From a virus (taxonomy: Duplodnaviria; Caudoviricetes), in IMG/VR virus record IMGVR_UViG_3300005611_000183, positions 1-24,806 of that record: a stretch of 24,806 bases of DNA, one strand, 5' to 3'. The position numbers and the translations under genes were made by a program. The notes under the pieces were generated by a model. The model made no database searches, was not told the DNA's origin, and saw only the letters and a list, made by a program, of their open reading frames with translations. Below, piece by piece: positions 7,363 through 17,933 of this stretch; within the stretch, counting starts at the first letter, position 1; each line of letters begins with the position of its first letter.

Positions 7363-9180
7363 ATGTCAAATAAAATTAAAGAATCAAATATCACAGATAG
7401 TGCTGTAACCACAGATAAGATTGCTGACAACGCTATTACTGCTGATAAGATTGCTCCTGGCGCTGTTGTAGCAACTGATGTTGGTGCAGAAGTAATTACT
7501 GGTCAAACAGAATTAGCTGAAGCGGCTAATAATGCTGACACACTATTATTACATGATACATCAGCAAGTTCATTAAAAAAAATTACAGTTTCAAACCTAA
7601 CTGCTCAAGCGGGTGACGGCTTAGCAAAATCAAGTTCAACACTTTCAGTTGACCCCGATAATGCAACAACATTAGAAACGGCTATTGCTTCAGGCGACTT
7701 AATATTAGTTTATGATGCTTCTGCTGGTGTTCTTAGAAAAGTATCACAAACAAACTTCTTAAATTTTCCAACCGTATCATCCGTTTCGCCTACAAATGCA
7801 ACATCAGGTGACGGTACAGGCAATTATACCTTTGTCATTACAGGTACAGGTTTCACAGGCGCAACAGCATCATTAATAAATTCTTCAGGCACAACTGTTT
7901 CTTTTGATAGTCAAACTGTAGATAGTTCGACACAAATTACTGGTGTGATTGCTAAATCAAGTTTACCTGGTTCAGGTGAACCATATGATGTAAGAGTATC
8001 GGCGGCTTCAGGTTTACAATCAACTATAGAAAATCAAATTAATATTGACCAACAGCCTGTTTTTAGTACGGCAGCTGGAACATTAGTGACAGTAGCTGAT
8101 GGAGATAGAGGAAGTTTTAGTGCAATCACAATTTTCGCTTCGGATCCAGAATCAGGTGGCGATGTAACTTATACACTAGAAAGTGGTTCTTTACCAGCAG
8201 GATTATCTGGTACTTCTACAAGTTCAGGCTATGTTATCTCTGGAACACCTAGTCAAGTTGCTTCTAACACAACTTCTACATTTACGATTAGAGCTTCAGA
8301 TGTTAACTCTAACACAAGTGATAGAGAATACTCAATCGTAGTACAAGCGCCAGTAACTCAAACATTTACTTCATCTGGTACTTTCTCAGTACCAAGTGGT
8401 GTTACAGCAGTAGATGTATTAGTTGTTGCCGGAGGCGGTGGCGGCGGTTGGGATAGAGCTGGTGGCGGTGGCGCCGGTGGTCTTATCTTTAGACCAGGAT
8501 TCCCTGTAACTCCAGGCGGAACAGTTTCAGTCACAGTTGGTGATGGCGGTCCAGGAGGTTTAAATCCTGGAAATCCTAATTTATCACCTACACAATCTCA
8601 AAAAGGAACTACAGGACAAGACTCAGTATTTGGAACACTTACTGCTAAAGGTGGCGGTGGTGGAGGTGCTGCTAGTCCATGTCAACCAGGTAATTCTGGT
8701 GGTAGCGGAGGCGGTGCGGCTTTTCCAGGTACAGCCGGTTCAGCAACTCAACCAACACAAGGCGGAGATTCAGGCACATATGGATTTGGAAATCCAGGCG
8801 GTAACTCACCAGGTCCAGCAACAGGCGGTGGTGGAGGTGGCGGCGCAGGTGCGGCCGGTTCATCTACAGCACAACCAAATTCAAATCCAGGAGGTCCAGG
8901 CGGTGTAGGTAGAGCATACACTATTGCAGACGGCACAACTTCAGTTTACTACGCAGGTGGTGGTGGAGGTGCTCCTTCAGATTTAACAGTAGCGGCAGGT
9001 CAAGGCGGTCAAGGTGGCGGAGGTACAAGTGGTATTTCGGCTAGTCCAGGTTCTCCTGCAACAGCGGGGCAAGCAAATACAGGCGGCGGCGGTGGCGGCG
9101 GCGGAAATAATCCAAACACAGTACCAATGGCACAAGGAGCTCCAGGCGGTAAAGGTATCGTTATTGTGAGATGGTCTTAA
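7363..9180 (+). CDS. Tail fibre / adhesin A: shaft repeats, two Ig-like (IPT, cadherin-like) domains and a C-terminal glycine-rich domain
   Basis: AAGGAG RBS; PTVSSVSP/ITGTGF IPT-like and SGSLPAGLS Ig-like motifs; VLVVAGGGGGG...GGKGIVIV glycine-rich domain; paralogous to the 17934, 20600 and 22670 ORFs. Confidence 0.82.
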   Translation: MSNKIKESNITDSAVTTDKIADNAITADKIAPGAVVATDVGAEVITGQTELAEAANNADTLLLHDTSASSLKKITVSNLTAQAGDGLAKSSSTLSVDPDNATTLETAIASGDLILVYDASAGVLRKVSQTNFLNFPTVSSVSPTNATSGDGTGNYTFVITGTGFTGATASLINSSGTTVSFDSQTVDSSTQITGVIAKSSLPGSGEPYDVRVSAASGLQSTIENQINIDQQPVFSTAAGTLVTVADGDRGSFSAITIFASDPESGGDVTYTLESGSLPAGLSGTSTSSGYVISGTPSQVASNTTSTFTIRASDVNSNTSDREYSIVVQAPVTQTFTSSGTFSVPSGVTAVDVLVVAGGGGGGWDRAGGGGAGGLIFRPGFPVTPGGTVSVTVGDGGPGGLNPGNPNLSPTQSQKGTTGQDSVFGTLTAKGGGGGGAASPCQPGNSGGSGGGAAFPGTAGSATQPTQGGDSGTYGFGNPGGNSPGPATGGGGGGGAGAAGSSTAQPNSNPGGPGGVGRAYTIADGTTSVYYAGGGGGAPSDLTVAAGQGGQGGGGTSGISASPGSPATAGQANTGGGGGGGGNNPNTVPMAQGAPGGKGIVIVRWS

Positions 9181-9188
9181 AAAATGAT

Positions 9189-9196
9189 TATAAATA
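9189..9196 (+). promoter_or_regulatory. T4-type late promoter TATAAATA
   Basis: Exact consensus upstream of the AGAGGA RBS of gp8. Confidence 0.85.
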
Positions 9197-9221
9197 TAAT
9201 TAGAATTTAAAAGAGGAAGAT

Positions 9222-10682
9222 ATGCCAGCGATTATTACAAACAAATTTAGAATACACAATGCAGAGCAATTCGTAGAATCTTTCTCCGAAGCATCTCCAA
9301 GTGTATATCACATGGCTATTGGCCGACCACAGGCTTATGGCACAAAGACAAGAGGTGATAGTAGAACAGAAGCCGAAGGTTCTGATACTTCTCCTTTAAC
9401 TCCAGTCGATTCAGTCAAAGATGAATTTTATTATTTTGATGATTTATTGGCTGCAAAAAGAATTACAGCTTCAGATGTATCATATTGTATTCCAAGAAGA
9501 AATTGGACTACAGGCACAACTTATGATATGTACAGACACGACTATGGTAATAGAATAACTGGCACAACAACTACTCAAACTTCCAATAGTGGTGCATCTA
9601 CTCTTTATGATTCAACTTTTTATGTACTTAACAGTAACAATAATGTGTACAAATGTTTAGATAATAATAGTAACTCATCTTCAACTGTAGAACCAACTGG
9701 TACATCTACATCTATTTTAACAACAGGTGACGGTTACAAATGGAAATATATGTACTCATTATCAGCATCACAACAAGTTAACTTTTTATCAACTGACTTT
9801 ATGGCAGTTTCTACAGATGCTACGGTATCTTCAGCTGCGACAGATGGTGCAATTAATATTGTGACAATTAAATCTGCCGGTTCAGGTGGTACAGACGGAA
9901 CACATACAAGTGTGCCGATTAGAGGCGATGGTTCTTCAGGAACAGTTTCAGTAACAATTTCATCTGGTGCAATCACAACAGTAACAGTAACAAATGTGGG
10001 TTCAGGTTACACTTATGCTTATATTACAGCAGCTGACATTATTGCAGCTGGCGGTACAGGTATTACAGGTGCAGAATTAGATTGTATTATTGAACCAAAA
10101 GGTGGTCACGGTTTTAATGCAGTACAAGAATTAGGTGGTTACTATGTAATGACAAACACTAACTTTGAGGGTGATGAATCTTCAAACTCTGGTGACTTTA
10201 CAGTAGAAAACGACTTTAGACGAGTTGCAATTATTCGAAATATCGAATCAGGCGGTTCTGCTTCAACTTCTACAACATTGAGAGGAACAAAAGCAGTTCT
10301 ATTAGCAAGTAACTCAGGAACATTTACAAAAGACGAAGAAATTAATCAAGCAACAACAGGTGCTGTAGGTAAAGTAATTGAACACGATACAGTAAATAAT
10401 ATTTTGTATTACTTACAAACTAGATTTAATGATGAGGGTGTAGATAGTAATGGTGATTTAACGGCCTTTTCTGGTACAAATACAATCACAGGACAATCTT
10501 CAGGTTCAACTGGTGTACCTTCAACTACGACTGGCACGACTAACAATGTGTCATTTACTTCAGGTTATGCAAGTTCTGAAATTGATGCAGACGCAGGTGA
10601 TGTTATCTATGTTGAAAATAGAGCACCAATCACAAGAGCTTCAGACCAAACAGAAAATGTTAAATTGATTATTGAATTTTAA
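9222..10682 (+). CDS. gp8: Baseplate wedge subunit gp8
   Basis: MPAIITNKFRI.NA..F, IPRRNWT.G..YDMYRHDY, VYKCLDN, DGYKWKYMY, P.GGHG....ELG and IYVENR.PI.R...Q.E.VKLIIEF motifs. Confidence 0.93.
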   Translation: MPAIITNKFRIHNAEQFVESFSEASPSVYHMAIGRPQAYGTKTRGDSRTEAEGSDTSPLTPVDSVKDEFYYFDDLLAAKRITASDVSYCIPRRNWTTGTTYDMYRHDYGNRITGTTTTQTSNSGASTLYDSTFYVLNSNNNVYKCLDNNSNSSSTVEPTGTSTSILTTGDGYKWKYMYSLSASQQVNFLSTDFMAVSTDATVSSAATDGAINIVTIKSAGSGGTDGTHTSVPIRGDGSSGTVSVTISSGAITTVTVTNVGSGYTYAYITAADIIAAGGTGITGAELDCIIEPKGGHGFNAVQELGGYYVMTNTNFEGDESSNSGDFTVENDFRRVAIIRNIESGGSASTSTTLRGTKAVLLASNSGTFTKDEEINQATTGAVGKVIEHDTVNNILYYLQTRFNDEGVDSNGDLTAFSGTNTITGQSSGSTGVPSTTTGTTNNVSFTSGYASSEIDADAGDVIYVENRAPITRASDQTENVKLIIEF

Positions 10683-10693
10683 GAGGGAAATAG

Positions 10694-13600
10694 ATGCCAA
10701 GTCCAACTGACTTTAACCTCACGCCTTATTATGATGATTATGCTGAATCTAAAAAGTTCCATAGAGTTCTTTATAGACCATCATTTGCAGTACAGGCGAG
10801 AGAGTTAACACAATCACAAACGATTTTACAGAATCAGATTGAAAGATTATCTGACCACATCTTTAAGCAAGGTGCAATGGTCATTCCTGGTCAAATTTCC
10901 TACGATTTAAATTACTATGCAGTAAAATTATCAGCTAAGTCGGCGTCTTCAATTACAGACTATAATGGTTTAGTTGTCACAGGTGCAACTTCAGGCGTAA
11001 CAGCAAATGTTGTAGGTGTTGCAGCTACAGACGGTACAGACCCGGATACACTTTTCGTAAAATACACAAATTCAGGTACAGATAATGCCACAGTTGCATT
11101 TACAGACGGTGAAACATTAAATTGTACACTTGCAGATTCAACAGCGGCTACTGTTACAGTAGATACAACAGCAACAGGTTCATCAGCATATATTGGTGAA
11201 GGTGTTTACTACATCAATGGTTTTCATGTTCAAGTTTCAGAACAAGTTATCGTATTAGACAAATATACAAACTCACCATCTTATAGAGTTGGTTTAGAAG
11301 TTACAGAATCTTTTGTAACTCCAAATGATGATGCAAGTTTAAATGATAATGCGGCCGGTTCTTCTAATGTCAACGCTCCTGGCGCTCACAGATTTAAAAT
11401 TAATTTAACACTTGCAAAGAAAACTTTAACAAGTACAGAAGACCAAAACTTTGTAGAATTATTAAGATTAAAAAATGGTATCATTCAAAATAGAGTTAGA
11501 ACAACTGAATATGCCGTATTAGAAGATACTTTAGCAAGAAGAACATTTGACGAATCGGGTGATTATGCAGTTAGAGGTTTTGATTTAGATTTAAGAGAAC
11601 ACTTAATTGCTGGAAATAATAGAGGTATTTACACTTCAGGTAATGGTGGTGTTGAAAGTAAAATTGCAGCTGGTATTTCTCCAGGTAAAGCATATGTTAA
11701 AGGTTATGAAATTGAAACTGTTGGTACAACATATGTTGATATTGACAAAGCAAGAGATTTTGAAACACAAAATAATTTTAATACAAGATTTGATGTAGGT
11801 AACTTTATAAATGTTACTAATGTTTATGGTACACCAGATGTTGGTTTCGTATCAGGTGATGTTGAGGCATTTAAAAGAGTAAATCTTTATTCAGAAGCAA
11901 CATCAAGTAGAGGTACAGAAAATACAGGTTCAGGTGCAAGTATTAACACAATTGGCCGTGCAAAGTCCAGAGGTTTTGAATTAAATTCAGGTACAGCAGT
12001 ATCAAACACTTTTGCTAGTGGCGCTTTAACAGGTGCAGTTTACAAACACTATCTTTTTGATATTAACTTATTCAATCATTTAAATATTACAACTGACCAA
12101 TCATTTACAACAGGTGAAGTTGTAACAGGTGGTACTTCAGGTGCTACAGGTATTGTTGAATCAATTTCAACAACCACAAGTGTTGCAATCACAGCTATTT
12201 CAAACACAGATAATCCTGGTGTTGTTTCAACTGTAACAGCAAATGGCCATGGTTTAAAAGAAGGCCAACAAATTACAATTGAAAATGCAGGTTTTCAAGT
12301 TGATTCATCAGCAATTACAGATGCAACAGTATTTACAGTAAGAAATCCAGCAACAAATACTTTTGAATTATATGAAAGTGATGGCACAACAATTGCCAAT
12401 GTGACTTCTTATACTTCAGGTGGTGTTGTAAGACATGGTATTGTTATTGTATCAAGTGTTAACGGTGCATTTACAGCTGGCGAAACAATTACAGGTGGCA
12501 CTTCATCTAATACAGCAACAATTCAAGTTGATGCAGTAGGTATGCCAGGTGTTAGAACATTTGATTTACCAAGTATCAAACAAGTTGGTATGGCAGGTTC
12601 TCCAACATATACTGCTGATGCGGCTTTAGATGCAACTTACGGACAAAATTTACAAATCGTAGGTGTTATTGATGTAGGTTCAGGTTCCGCTGATGTTCAA
12701 GGTATTGGTACAAGATTTACAGATGATTTAAAAATAGGTGATTCAATTTCATTTACTAACGATAGTGGTAATACAGAAACTAAAATTGTTGAAGCAATTA
12801 TTTCAAATACAAGTTTAACACTTTCAAGTGTCACAGCGGCAGCTTCGACTAAAACAATTGTTGTAAGAAGAAGAGCAAAAGTACAAGATTCAAATAAAAA
12901 TATTTCTTTATTTAAGTTACCATACAAAACAATTAAAACACTTAAAACAACTAATAATTCAGGTGTTACAGATACAAACTTTGCAGTAAGAAGACACTTC
13001 ACAGGTACATTATCATCAAATGGTGATGTAACAATTACTGCTGGTACTAATGAAACATTTACATCTTTATTAGAAAAAGATTTCTCAGTTTCTATTATGT
13101 CAACTGGTGCTGGTGGTTCTGGTGCAGTTGGTGATGTTTTAAGTTTATCAGGTAACAACCACGAAGGTGATGCAATATTCACACTTGGCGGTTCTCCAGT
13201 TGGTAAAACTTTAACACTTGACTTTGGTGCAAACTATCAAGGCCATAAAGTTAAAATTTTAGCAACAGTTGACCGTTCAGTTGCAGGTTCAAAAACAAAA
13301 ACACTAAATTCAAATTCTACAGTTGCTATTTCTGACCAAACTACTATTGAAAGTGGAACAATCGGTTTAGGTAAGGCAGATGTTTACCAAATCAATGCAG
13401 TTTATATGTCTGCTGATTTCTCAACAGCTGCAACAACAAGTGATACAGATATTACAAGTAGATTTAATTTAGATAATGGTCAAAGAGATAACTTTTATGA
13501 TATTGGCCGATTAAAATTAAAAGATGGTGCGATTACACCAACAGGCCGTTTATTAGTTGACTTTGATTACTTCTCACACGGTTCTGGTGATTACTTTGAT

Positions 13601-16600
13601 GTTGACTCATATTCAGGTGTTATTAATTACGAAAATATTCCTAGTTATACTTCAGATACTACAGGTCAAATTTATCAATTAAGAGATGTATTAGATTTTA
13701 GACCAAGAGTGGATGATGCTTCAACTATTAATTCAGGTGGCCAAGACAGAAGTTTTGATGGCACAGGTGCTTCAACAGTAGATGTAATTAAATTTAATTC
13801 AGATGTATCTGCTGACTTTGAATATTATTTACCAAGAATTGATAAAGTATTCTTAGATAAAGATGGTGTCTTTAGAGTTGTTAAAGGTGCTTCATCACTT
13901 AACCCACAAATTCCTAAAAATTTAGATGGTGCAATGCACCTATTCACATTACAGTTAGAAAGTTATACTCTATCTACTGACCATATAGAAATATCAGTCA
14001 TTGATAATAAACGATACACAATGAGAGATATTGGTAAGTTAGAAAAGAGATTAGAAAATGTTGAGTATTACACCCAATTAAATATGTTAGAACAATCAGC
14101 ACAATCTTTACAAATACAAGACGCTGATGGCTTCGATAGATTTAAAAACGGATTTATTGTTGATAACTTCACAGGTCATGGTATCGGTGATGTAGGTAAC
14201 TTAGATTACAAAGCTGCTATGGATATGGCAGAAGGACATTTAAGACCAACATTTAAAGAAGATGCAGTACAATTAATTGAAAGAGATGATGACGGCACAG
14301 CAATTGTGGCCGCTGATAGAACAGCTGCAAATTATCAAAAGACTGGTGACTTATTAACATTACCATACACAGAAGAAACTTTAGTTGACCAACCATTTGC
14401 TAGTAAAGCAATCAATGTCAACCCTTTCAATGTATTCACATGGGTAGGTACAATTGAATTAACACCTCCTGGTGATGAATGGAAAGAAACAGAAAGAGCT
14501 CCTGAATTAGTATTAAACAATCAAGGTGCTTTTGACACAATGATTGCAGGCAATCCAAACTTACAAAGTATTGAAATTGGTACTGTTTGGAATGAATGGC
14601 AAGATATGTGGACAGGCCGTCCAAGAGAATTAGATGTAAGAAATCTTGGTGGTCCTGTAAGAGAAGGTACTTTTGCTTTTGGTGTTCCAAGACGAGTTTT
14701 ACAAAGACAAGAAGTTACAACTGGCCAATTAGTACAACAAACCAGAACAGGTGTAAGAAATGTTTTAGTACCTCAAACTGTAAGAAATTCAATTGGCGAC
14801 AGAATTATTAATGTTGCATTTATTCCTTTTATTAGAAGTAGAACGATTACTTTTGAAGGCACAAGATTTAAACCGAACACAAGAGTATATCCATTCTTTG
14901 ATAACATTGATGTAACAGCGTATGTTACGCCAGATGGCGGTTCATTAGGTGGTAACTTAGTCACAGATGCTAACGGTGCTTTAACAGGTACTTTTGCAAT
15001 ACCTGACCCAAATGTTGATGCAAATCCAAGATGGAGAACAGGTACAAGAGTATTCAGATTAACAAGTTCTGCTTCAGATAGTAGAGCTTCAGATGTAGAA
15101 ACTTCAGGTGAAGCAGACTACACAGCAAGAGGTTTATTAGAAACTCAACAAGAAACTATTTTATCAACAAGAGAGCCAAGACTTGTTAGAGAAAGTACAA
15201 CTGATAACAGACAAATTACAAGAACATCTACAAGAGAAACTAACAGACAAGTTGGTTGGTGGGATCCTCTTGCACAAACATTCTTAATTGATGATAGTGG
15301 TGGTGTATTTGTATCTTCAGTTGATTTATATTTCAAAACAAAAGATGATAATGTACCGATTACTGTACAAATCCGTGAAGTTGTAAATGGTTATCCTTCA
15401 ACGAAGATTTTACCATTCTCAGAAGTTTCAATTAATCCTGATACTGTAACAGTTAGTGAAGATTCATCAGCTGCAACAACATTTACATTTAAGAGTCCTG
15501 TTTACATACAAGAAAATGTTGAATATGCTCTTGTTGTATTGGCTAACTCAACAAACTATAATGCTTGGGTGGCAAGAATGGGTGAAACACAAATTAATTC
15601 TGATAGAACAATATCAGAACAACCTTATGCCGGTGTTTTATTTAAATCACAAAACGGTACTACATGGTCTGCTGACCAAAACGAAGATATTAAATTTAAA
15701 TTAAAAAGATGTGAGTTCCAAAATGTTACAGGTACAGTTACATTAACGAATGATGACTTACCTACAAGAACACTTGCAACTAATCCAATTAGAACAACAA
15801 ATGGTTCTTCTACAATTAGAATTTCACATCCAAACCATGGTATGCACGGTGCAGATAATAATGTAACAATTTCTGGCATTGCTTCAGGTACATATAACGG
15901 CCTTGATGCTTCAGAAATTAACGGAACATACACAAGTATTTCAAATATAACTTTAGATAGTTATGAAGTTACTTCAAGTGGTACAGCAACAGCTAGTGGT
16001 GATGTTGGTGGTTCAAGTGTTGCAGCTACACAGAATAGAGTTTATGATGTGTTAGACTTAAACTTAGCAACTATGACAGTACCAGAAACAACTATTACAT
16101 ATAAGATTAGACCGACAACAGGTAAATCAATTCATGGTTCTGAATCAGAATTTAGTTTAACAAGTTCGACAAATGCACAAACAGTTATTGCAAATGATAA
16201 TATTTACTTTACTGCTCCTCAAATGGTAGCAAGTGCAATTAATGAAACAAATGAAATGAGTGGAAGTAAATCACTATTTGTTACTTTAGAATTTAATACA
16301 ACAAATACTAAACTTTCACCAGTTTTAGATACTCAAAGAATGAGTGCAATTACTGTACAAAACAGATTAAATAATCCTACAAGTGGTAATACACCAAACT
16401 TTGTAGATGATGAACAAGCAACAGGTTCTTCAACAGCGGCTATTTACTGTACAAGACCAATTACTTTAGAAAATGATTCAACAGCATTAGAAGTTAGATT
16501 AACACAAAATGTTCGTTCAACTTCAAGTGTAAGAGTTTTCTATCGTGTGTCATCATCCGAAGAAGTCAGAAATATTGATGACTTAAATTGGATTCCATTT

Positions 16601-16789
16601 AACGCAGACGGTAGCGAAGATAGTACAGTTGTTCCAGCTGAAGATGCAGCTACATTTAAAGAATACAAATATAGTGCGACAGGCATCCATGACTTTACTG
16701 CTTTTCAAATTAAAGTAGTAATGAAAGGTACAAACTCAGCATATCCGCCTGTAATACAAGATTTAAGAGGAATTGCTTTAGCAATATAA
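10694..16789 (+). CDS. Large virion structural protein, VrlC-like / DUF4815 family (2031 aa)
   Basis: N..PYYDD....K.F.RVL.RP..AVQARELTQ.Q.ILQNQ, APGAHR.KI, LARRTFDESGDY, RYTMRDIG.LEKR...VEYY, RFKNGF.VDNF and DPLAQTF motifs; follows gp8 as in marine T4-like phages. Confidence 0.88.
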   Translation: MPSPTDFNLTPYYDDYAESKKFHRVLYRPSFAVQARELTQSQTILQNQIERLSDHIFKQGAMVIPGQISYDLNYYAVKLSAKSASSITDYNGLVVTGATSGVTANVVGVAATDGTDPDTLFVKYTNSGTDNATVAFTDGETLNCTLADSTAATVTVDTTATGSSAYIGEGVYYINGFHVQVSEQVIVLDKYTNSPSYRVGLEVTESFVTPNDDASLNDNAAGSSNVNAPGAHRFKINLTLAKKTLTSTEDQNFVELLRLKNGIIQNRVRTTEYAVLEDTLARRTFDESGDYAVRGFDLDLREHLIAGNNRGIYTSGNGGVESKIAAGISPGKAYVKGYEIETVGTTYVDIDKARDFETQNNFNTRFDVGNFINVTNVYGTPDVGFVSGDVEAFKRVNLYSEATSSRGTENTGSGASINTIGRAKSRGFELNSGTAVSNTFASGALTGAVYKHYLFDINLFNHLNITTDQSFTTGEVVTGGTSGATGIVESISTTTSVAITAISNTDNPGVVSTVTANGHGLKEGQQITIENAGFQVDSSAITDATVFTVRNPATNTFELYESDGTTIANVTSYTSGGVVRHGIVIVSSVNGAFTAGETITGGTSSNTATIQVDAVGMPGVRTFDLPSIKQVGMAGSPTYTADAALDATYGQNLQIVGVIDVGSGSADVQGIGTRFTDDLKIGDSISFTNDSGNTETKIVEAIISNTSLTLSSVTAAASTKTIVVRRRAKVQDSNKNISLFKLPYKTIKTLKTTNNSGVTDTNFAVRRHFTGTLSSNGDVTITAGTNETFTSLLEKDFSVSIMSTGAGGSGAVGDVLSLSGNNHEGDAIFTLGGSPVGKTLTLDFGANYQGHKVKILATVDRSVAGSKTKTLNSNSTVAISDQTTIESGTIGLGKADVYQINAVYMSADFSTAATTSDTDITSRFNLDNGQRDNFYDIGRLKLKDGAITPTGRLLVDFDYFSHGSGDYFDVDSYSGVINYENIPSYTSDTTGQIYQLRDVLDFRPRVDDASTINSGGQDRSFDGTGASTVDVIKFNSDVSADFEYYLPRIDKVFLDKDGVFRVVKGASSLNPQIPKNLDGAMHLFTLQLESYTLSTDHIEISVIDNKRYTMRDIGKLEKRLENVEYYTQLNMLEQSAQSLQIQDADGFDRFKNGFIVDNFTGHGIGDVGNLDYKAAMDMAEGHLRPTFKEDAVQLIERDDDGTAIVAADRTAANYQKTGDLLTLPYTEETLVDQPFASKAINVNPFNVFTWVGTIELTPPGDEWKETERAPELVLNNQGAFDTMIAGNPNLQSIEIGTVWNEWQDMWTGRPRELDVRNLGGPVREGTFAFGVPRRVLQRQEVTTGQLVQQTRTGVRNVLVPQTVRNSIGDRIINVAFIPFIRSRTITFEGTRFKPNTRVYPFFDNIDVTAYVTPDGGSLGGNLVTDANGALTGTFAIPDPNVDANPRWRTGTRVFRLTSSASDSRASDVETSGEADYTARGLLETQQETILSTREPRLVRESTTDNRQITRTSTRETNRQVGWWDPLAQTFLIDDSGGVFVSSVDLYFKTKDDNVPITVQIREVVNGYPSTKILPFSEVSINPDTVTVSEDSSAATTFTFKSPVYIQENVEYALVVLANSTNYNAWVARMGETQINSDRTISEQPYAGVLFKSQNGTTWSADQNEDIKFKLKRCEFQNVTGTVTLTNDDLPTRTLATNPIRTTNGSSTIRISHPNHGMHGADNNVTISGIASGTYNGLDASEINGTYTSISNITLDSYEVTSSGTATASGDVGGSSVAATQNRVYDVLDLNLATMTVPETTITYKIRPTTGKSIHGSESEFSLTSSTNAQTVIANDNIYFTAPQMVASAINETNEMSGSKSLFVTLEFNTTNTKLSPVLDTQRMSAITVQNRLNNPTSGNTPNFVDDEQATGSSTAAIYCTRPITLENDSTALEVRLTQNVRSTSSVRVFYRVSSSEEVRNIDDLNWIPFNADGSEDSTVVPAEDAATFKEYKYSATGIHDFTAFQIKVVMKGTNSAYPPVIQDLRGIALAI

Positions 16790-16793
16790 AGTT

Positions 16794-17015
16794 ATGACTA
16801 AACTAAAAGTAGAAGGTTATACTGATTTAGTTAGAGATACATATTCTAATGGTATTGTAAATACCAATGTAACTGAATATCAACTTTATATGAGAAGAAT
16901 AAAAGCAAGAGAAAAACAAGGTGACCAAATAAGAAACGCTTGTAAAGAAATAAATAATTTAAAAGCAGAATTATTTGAAATTAAAAAATTATTAAAGGAC
17001 TTAGGTAACAAGTAA
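16794..17015 (+). CDS. Small conserved phage protein with a C-terminal coiled coil (73 aa)
   Basis: KVEG..DLVRD..S..IVN motif and heptad tail EINNLKAELFEIKKLL; stop overlaps the next start (TAATG). Confidence 0.85.
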   Translation: MTKLKVEGYTDLVRDTYSNGIVNTNVTEYQLYMRRIKAREKQGDQIRNACKEINNLKAELFEIKKLLKDLGNK

Positions 17016-17497
17016 TGGCAGTCAGAAGCGTAGCAGTAACAAATACTTTAGAGGAGTTTCGTACTACCTTTAATAGTTTAGGCACAGATGTAGGTGACTT
17101 AGGTTTACTAGGTACTACTGATACATCTTCTATTGTTGCGGCTATTAATGAAGTTAATACGGCCGTTACAGCTGCATTTACTATTAGAGATGCTTCATCT
17201 ACAACTCAACAAATAAGTTCAGGTGATGTCTTTACTTTTGCAGGTGATTCTAATATTTCAGCTACAGTATCAGCGACTGATACTATGACTATTACATTAA
17301 ATAGTACAATATCAGGTTTAACGAGTGTATCTGCTACAACATTGACAGACGGAACAGCGTCAATGAATAGTGGTTCATTATCAGGAGTTGTTAATTTAAC
17401 AGCTTCAGGAACAATTGAGGGTGGCACAATTACTGAAAACTCTATTAGGGTTGCCACACAACCTTTTGCGATTGCACAGTCAATTGCCTTAGGATAA
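17015..17497 (+). CDS. Short fibre or stalk protein ending in ...FAIAQSIALG
   Basis: ORF track; NTLEEFR..FN and L.T.D.SSIVAAINE fibre-like motifs; Thr/Ser-rich. Confidence 0.8.
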   Translation: MAVRSVAVTNTLEEFRTTFNSLGTDVGDLGLLGTTDTSSIVAAINEVNTAVTAAFTIRDASSTTQQISSGDVFTFAGDSNISATVSATDTMTITLNSTISGLTSVSATTLTDGTASMNSGSLSGVVNLTASGTIEGGTITENSIRVATQPFAIAQSIALG

Positions 17498-17511
17498 TTG
17501 ATAAAAACTTT

Positions 17512-17531
17512 TATAAATAGAAGTATAAATA
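17512..17531 (+). promoter_or_regulatory. Tandem T4-type late promoters (TATAAATA at 17512 and 17524)
   Basis: Two exact consensus boxes 12 bp apart upstream of 17544. Confidence 0.85.
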
Positions 17532-17543
17532 TAGGAAAAGAAA

Positions 17544-17909
17544 ATGGCTAACGATTTTAAAAGATTTACAAGTGCAAGTTTAGGTACAACAACAGGTGCG
17601 TCAGCAACTGCTGTTTATACTGTGCCGTCATCTGGTGCAACAGCAATGGAATCAATCGTTATTGGTATTACCCTAGCAAATAAATCAAGTTCAGGTATAA
17701 CTGCTGATGTATTCCTTGACAATTATGACGGTTCAAATGATGTCTATATTGTTAAAGATGTAACAATCCCAGCAGGCGCCTCATTGGAAGTAATGTCCGG
17801 TAATAAACTTGTTTTACAAGGCGACGGTACAACTAATGACGCATTAAGAATTTCAGCGAGTGCAGGTTCAGCTTTAGATGCAACAGTATCCGTACTTGAA
17901 GATGTGTAA
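17544..17909 (+). CDS. Small beta-rich virion protein, putative fibre hub (MANDFK..., 121 aa)
   Basis: ORF track, AGGA RBS; VYTVP...IVIG..LAN...IP.GASL....GNK.VL...D.L...D..VSVLE pattern recalled from marine phage fibre clusters. Confidence 0.8.
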   Translation: MANDFKRFTSASLGTTTGASATAVYTVPSSGATAMESIVIGITLANKSSSGITADVFLDNYDGSNDVYIVKDVTIPAGASLEVMSGNKLVLQGDGTTNDALRISASAGSALDATVSVLEDV

Positions 17910-17933
17910 TAAAAAATAGTAAGAGAGATATAA

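Noticed and set aside
8430-9110. GGN runs as microsatellites, G-quadruplexes or foreign high-GC islands
   Set aside because: Explained by poly-glycine coding with mixed GGT/GGC/GGA codons; GGG runs are rare.
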